DNA from: Eledone cirrhosa
Taxonomy: Eukaryota
Length of the DNA stretch: 64,000 bases
Reading direction: 5' to 3'
NCBI GenBank assembly: GCA_964016885.1
Contig: OZ024756.1
Coordinates: 7,440,001-7,504,000, forward strand
In this document: positions 57,701-64,000 of the stretch, one piece after another
Layout of the letters: each line of letters begins with the position of its first letter
Position numbering within the stretch: the first letter of the stretch is position 1
Notes under the pieces: generated by a model
What the model saw: the letters and a program-made list of their open reading frames with translations, nothing else
Database searches by the model: none
What the model was told of the DNA's origin: nothing
Program-made: the position numbers and the translations under genes

Positions 57701-60700
57701 CATGGCACATATCTCTAGGAACCAGGTATAATCTAGGATATTACACACCATGGCACACATCTCTAGGAACCAGGTGTAATCTAGGATATTACACACCATG
57801 GCACACATCTCTAGGAACCAGGTATAATCTAGGATATTACACACCATGGCACACATCTCTAGGAACCAGGTGTAATCTAGGATATTACACACCATGGCAC
57901 ACATCTCTAGGAACCTGGTGTAATCTAGGATATTACACCCCAAGGCACACATCTCTAGGAACCAGGTGTAATCTAGGATATTACACCCCATGGCACATAA
58001 CTCTAGGAACCTGGTGTAATCTAGGATATTACACACCATGGCACATATCTCAAGGAACCTGGTGTAATCTAGGATATTACACCTCATGGCACACATCTCT
58101 AGGAACCAGGTGTAATATAGGATATTACACCCCATGGCACATATCTCAAGGAACCTGGTGTAATCTAGGATATTACACACCAAGGCACATCTCTCTAGGA
58201 ACCAGGTATAATCTAGGATATTACACCCCATGGCACATATCTCTAGGAACCTGGTGTAATCTAGTATATTACACACCATGGCACATATCTCTAGGAACCT
58301 GGTGTAATCTAGGATATTACACACCATGGCACATATCTCTAGGAACCTGGTATAATCTAGGATATTACACACCATGGCACATATCTCTAGGAACCTGGTA
58401 TAATCTAGGATATTACACACCATGGCACATAACTCTAGGAACCTGGTATAATCTAGGATATTACACCCAAAGGAACATATCTCTAGGAACCTGGTATAAT
58501 CTAGGATATTACACCCTATGGCACACATCTCTAGGAACCTGGTGTAATCTAGAATATTACACCCCATGGCACATATCTCTAGGAACCTGGTGTAATCTAG
58601 GATATTACACACCATGGCACACATCTCTAGGAACCTGGTATAATCTAGGATATTACACACCATGGCACATATCTCTATGAACCTGGTATAATCTAGGATA
58701 TTACACACCATGGCACACATCTCTAGGAACCTGGTATAATCTAGGATATTACACCCCATGGCACACATCTCTAGGAACCTGGTGTAATCTAGGATATTAC
58801 ACCCCAAGGCACATAACTCTAGGAACCTGGTGTAATCTAGGATATTACACCCCAAGGCACATAACTCTAGGAACCTGGTGTAATCTAGGATATTACACCC
58901 TATGGCACATATCTCTAGGAACCTGGTGTAATCTAGGATATTACACCCCAAGGCACATAACTCTAGGAACCTGTTGTAATCTAGGATATTACACACCATG
59001 GCATATATCTCTAAGAACCAGGTATAATCTAGGATATTACACACCATGGCACACATCTCTAGGAACCTGTTGTAATCTAGGATATTACACCCCATGGCCC
59101 ACATCTCTAGGAACCTGGTGTAATCTAGGATATTACACCCCAAGGCACATAACTCTAGGAACCTGGTGTAATCTAGGATATTACACACCATGGCATATAT
59201 CTCTAGGAACCAGGTATAATCTAGGATATTACACACCAAGGCACACATCTCTAGGAACCTGGTTTAATCTAGGATATTACACACCATGGCACACATCTCT
59301 AGGAACCTGGTGTAATCTAGGATATTACACCCCAAGGCACATATCTCTAGGTACCTGGTATAATCTAGGATATTACACACCAAGGCACATATCTCTAGGA
59401 ACCTGGTGTAATCTTGGATATTACACACCATGGCACATATCTCAAGGAACCTGGTGTAATCTAGAATATTACACCCCATGGCACACATCTCTAGGAACCT
59501 GGTGTAATCTAGGATATTACACACCATGGCACACATCTCTAGGAACCTGGTGTAATCTAGGATATTACACCCCAAGGCACATATCTCTAGGAACCTGGTA
59601 TAATCTAGGATATTACACACCAAGGCACATATCTCTAGGAACCTGGTGTAATCTAGGATATTACACACCAAGGCACATATCTCTAGGAACCTGGTGTAAT
59701 CTAGGATATTACACCCCATGGCACATATCTCAAGGAACCTGGTGTAATCTAGGATACTACACACCAAGGCACATATCTCTAGGAACCTGGTGTAATCCAG
59801 GATATTACACCCCATGGCACGAACCTGGTGTAATCTAGGATATTACACCCCAAGGTACACATCTCTAGGATCCTGGTATAATCTAGGATATTACACCCCA
59901 AGGCACATAACTCTAGGAACCTGGTGTAATCTAGGATATTACACACCATGGCACATATCTCAAGGAACCTGGTGTAATCTAGGATATTACACCCCAAGGC
60001 ACATATCTCTAGGAACCTGGTGTAATCTAGGATATTACAGCCCATGGCACACATCTCTAGGAACCTGGTGTAATCTAGGATATTACACCCCATGGCACAC
60101 ATCTCTAGGAACCTGGTGTAATCTAGGATATTACACCCCAAGGCACATAACTCTAGGAACCTGGTGTAATCTAGGATATTACACCCCATGGCACATATCT
60201 ATAGGAACCTGGTATAATCTAGGATATTACACCCTATGGCACACATCTCTAGGAACCAGGTGTAATCTAGGATATTACACCCCATGGCACATAACTCTAG
60301 GAACCTGGTGTAATCTAGGATATTACACCCCATGGCACACATCTCTAGGAACCAGGTATAATCTAGGATATTACACCCCATGGCACATATCTCTAGGAAC
60401 CTGGTGTAATCTAGGATATTACACACCATGGCACATATCTCTAGGAACCAGGTATAATCTAGGATATTACACACCATGGCACACATCTCTAGGAACCAGG
60501 TGTAATCTAGGATATTACACACCATGGCACACATCTCTAGGAACCAGGTGTAATCTAGGATATTACACACCATGGCACAAATCTCTAGGAACCTGGTGTA
60601 ATCTAGGATATTACACCCCAAGGCACACATCTCTAGGAACCAGGTGTAATCTAGGATATTACACCCCATGGCACATAACTCTAGGAACCTGGTGTAATCT

Positions 60701-63577
60701 AGGATATTACACACCATGGCACATATCTCAAGGAACCTGGTGTAATCTAGGATATTACACCTCATGGCACACATCTCTAGGAACCAGGTGTAATCTAGGA
60801 TATTACACCCCATGGCACATATCTCTAGGAACCTGGTGTAATCTAGGTTATTACACCCCAAGGCACATATCTCTAGGAACCAGGTATAATCTAGGATATT
60901 ACACCCCATGGCACATATCTCTAGGAACCTGGTGTAATCTAGTATATTACACACCATGGCACATATCTCTAGGAACCTGGTGTAATCTAGGATATTACAC
61001 ACCATGGCACATATCTCTAGGAACCTGGTATAATCTAGGATATTACACACCATGGCACATATCTCTAGGAACCTGGTATAATCTAGGATATTACACCCCA
61101 TGGCACATATCTCTAGGAACCTGGTGTAATCTAGTATATTACACACCATGGCACATATCTCTAGGAACCTGGTGTAATCTAGGATATTACACACCATGGC
61201 ACATATCTCTAGGAACCTGGTATAATCTAGGATATTACACACTATGGCACATAACTCTAGGAACCTGGTATAATCTAGGATATTACACCCCAAGGCACAT
61301 ATCTCTAGAAACCTGGTATAATCTAGGATATTACACCCTATGGCACACATCTCTAGGAACCTGGTGTAATCTAGGATATTACACCCCATGGCACATATCT
61401 CTAGGAACCTGCTGTAATCTAGGATATTACACACCATGGCACATATCTCTAGGAACCTGGTGTAATCTAGGATATTACACCCCATGGCACATATCTCAAG
61501 GAACCTGGTGTAATCTAGGATACTACACACCAAGGCACATATCTCTAGGAACCTGGTGTAATCTAGGATATTACACCCCATGGCACGAACCTGGTGTAAT
61601 CTAGGATATTACACCCCAAGGTACACATCTCTAGGATCCTGGTATAATCTAGGATATTACACCCCAAGGCACATAACTCTAGGAACCTGGTGTAATCTAG
61701 GATATTACACACCATGGCACATATCTCAAGGAACCTGGTGTAATCTAGGATATTACACCCCAAGGCACATATCTCTAGGAACCTGGTGTAATCTAGGATA
61801 TTACAGCCCATGGCACACATCTCTAGGAACCTGGTGTAATCTAGGATATTACACCCCATGGCACACATCTCTAGGAACCTGGTGTAATCTAGGATATTAC
61901 ACCCCAAGGCACATAACTCTAGGAACCTGGTGTAATCTAGGATATTACACCCCATGGCACATATCTATAGGAACCTGGTATAATCTAGGATATTACACCC
62001 TATGGCACACATCTCTAGGAACCAGGTGTAATCTAGGATATTACACCCCATGGCACATAACTCTAGGAACCTGGTGTAATCTAGGATATTACACCCCATG
62101 GCACACATCTCTAGGAACCAGGTATAATCTAGGATATTACACCCCATGGCACATATCTCTAGGAACCTGGTGTAATCTAGGATATTACACACCATGGCAC
62201 ATATCTCTAGGAACCAGGTATAATCTAGGATATTACACACCATGGCACACATCTCTAGGAACCAGGTGTAATCTAGGATATTACACACCATGGCACAAAT
62301 CTCTAGGAACCTGGTGTAATCTAGGATATTACACCCCAAGGCACACATCTTTAGGAACCAGGTGTAATCTAGGATATTACACCCCATGGCACATAACTCT
62401 AGGAACCTGGTGTAATCTAGGATATTACACACCATGGCACATATCTCAAGGAACCTGGTGTAATCTAGGATATTACACCTCATGGCACACATCTCTAGGA
62501 ACCAGGTGTAATCTAGGATATTACACCCCATGGCACATATCTCTAGGAACCTGGTGTAATCTAGGTTATTACACCCCAAGGCACATATCTCTAGGAACCA
62601 GGTATAATCTAGGATATTACACCCCATGGCACATATCTCTAGGAACCTGGTGTAATCTAGTATATTACACACCATGGCACATATCTCTAGGAACCTGGTG
62701 TAATCTAGGATATTACACACCATGGCACATATCTCTAGGAACCTGGTATAATCTAGGATATTACACACCATGGCACATATCTCTAGGAACCTGGTATAAT
62801 CTAGGATATTACACCCCATGGCACATATCTCTAGGAACCTGGTGTAATCTAGTATATTACACACCATGGCACATATCTCTAGGAACCTGGTGTAATCTAG
62901 GATATTACACACCATGGCACATATCTCTAGGAACCTGGTATAATCTAGGATATTACACACCATGGCACATAACTCTAGGAACCTGGTATAATCTAGGATA
63001 TTACACCCCAAGGCACATATCTCTAGAAACCTGGTATAATCTAGGATATTACACCCTATGGCACACATCTCTAGGAACCTGGTGTAATCTAGGATATTAC
63101 ACCCCATGGCACATATCTCTAGGAACCTGCTGTAATCTAGGATATTACACACCATGGCACATATCTCTAGGAACCTGGTGTAATCTAGGATATTACACCC
63201 CAAGGCACATAACTCTAGGAACCTGGTGTAATCTAGGATATTACACCCCATGGCACATATCTCTAGGAACCTGGTGTAATCTAAGATATTGCACCCTATG
63301 GCACATATATCTAGGAACCTGGTATAATGTAGGATATTACACCCCATGGCACATATCTCTAGGAACCTGGTATAATCTATGATATTACACTCCATGGCAC
63401 ATATCTCTAGGGACCTGGTATAATCTATGATATTACACCCCATGGCACATATCTCTTGGGACCTGGTATAATCTAGGATATTACACCCCATGGCACATAT
63501 CTCTAGGAACATGGTGTAATCAAGGATATTACACCCCATGGCACACATCTCTTAGAACCTTGTATAATCTAGGATAT
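24769..63577. repeat. 48-bp satellite, ~38.8 kb, ~810 copies; consensus ATCTAGGATATTACACCCCATGGCACACATCTCTAGGAACCTGGTGTA
   Basis: Uninterrupted head-to-tail period-48 array with both ends inside the window, about five recurrent variable sites, few indels and higher-order block duplications. Confidence 0.98.
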
Positions 63578-64000
63578 ATACTAAGCCTGGTTTAAACAAT
63601 TGATGCTATGGATTCAGAACAGAGCCGATCTATACACAGATCCGTTATGATCTTTGTTAATCCTACTGAAGGAATTTATTCAATATGGTAAATCTTCCAT
63701 ATATAAGTTACTGGGTATATCCCAGTATTTATCTCCATGAAGGTAAGTAACTGTCAAAGGTTTTAACTTATAATTGTAGATCAGTTTGTACACAGAGAGA
63801 ATGTGGGAATATTTTCAACTCAGTAGTCAGCTTTTTAGCTTGAAGCAATAATCGATGTGAATGAGAACAAGCGTCTTCTTCAGAATCAACATGGCTTCCT
63901 TTCTTGTTTGCTTTCTCAAAATCTTCTCAGAATTCATTATACAACTCGTCTTCAGCTTGTTGCTATACTAGCAATATCTGCATGATACAATTATTATTAT

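Noticed and set aside
24731-63548. Giant ORFs as real genes, including the resemblance of ILDYTRFLEM to an EF-hand exit helix and of CNLGYY to EGF-like motifs
   Set aside because: The ORFs follow automatically from a stop-free 48-bp unit. There is no unique domain and no Ca-binding loop or EGF cysteine spacing, and stops and frameshifts are propagated through the array.
63720-63750. Strong splice donor AAG/GTAAGT just after the array (and an acceptor-like site near 22368)
   Set aside because: Isolated consensus matches with no supportable exon ORF.

Overview
AT-rich, repeat-dominated animal DNA with no credible intact protein-coding gene. It is probably octopod cephalopod, an inference from a tRNA-derived SINE family that matches my recollection of Octopus SINEs. 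About 80% of the window is two tandem arrays. The first is a 29-bp satellite (~5817-18300, ~430 copies) that appears to be an amplification of the Pol III A-box segment inside a single SINE copy, whose 3' body and 5' tip still flank the array. The second is a 48-bp satellite (~24769-63577, ~810 copies) with an internal hairpin and nested higher-order duplications; it produces the very long ORFs in the track, most likely as an artefact. The remainder holds microsatellites, several SINEs, an R4/Dong-like LINE fragment, a probable Penelope GIY-YIG relic, long palindromes next to (TA)n tracts, a tRNA-like cloverleaf and a convergent twin tRNA-like element. A nested insertion cluster at 19546-21552 consists of a hAT MITE interrupted by a foldback element carrying a type I hammerhead ribozyme, three SINEs and a non-autonomous Helitron. 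All calls were made by eye; copy numbers are length divided by period.
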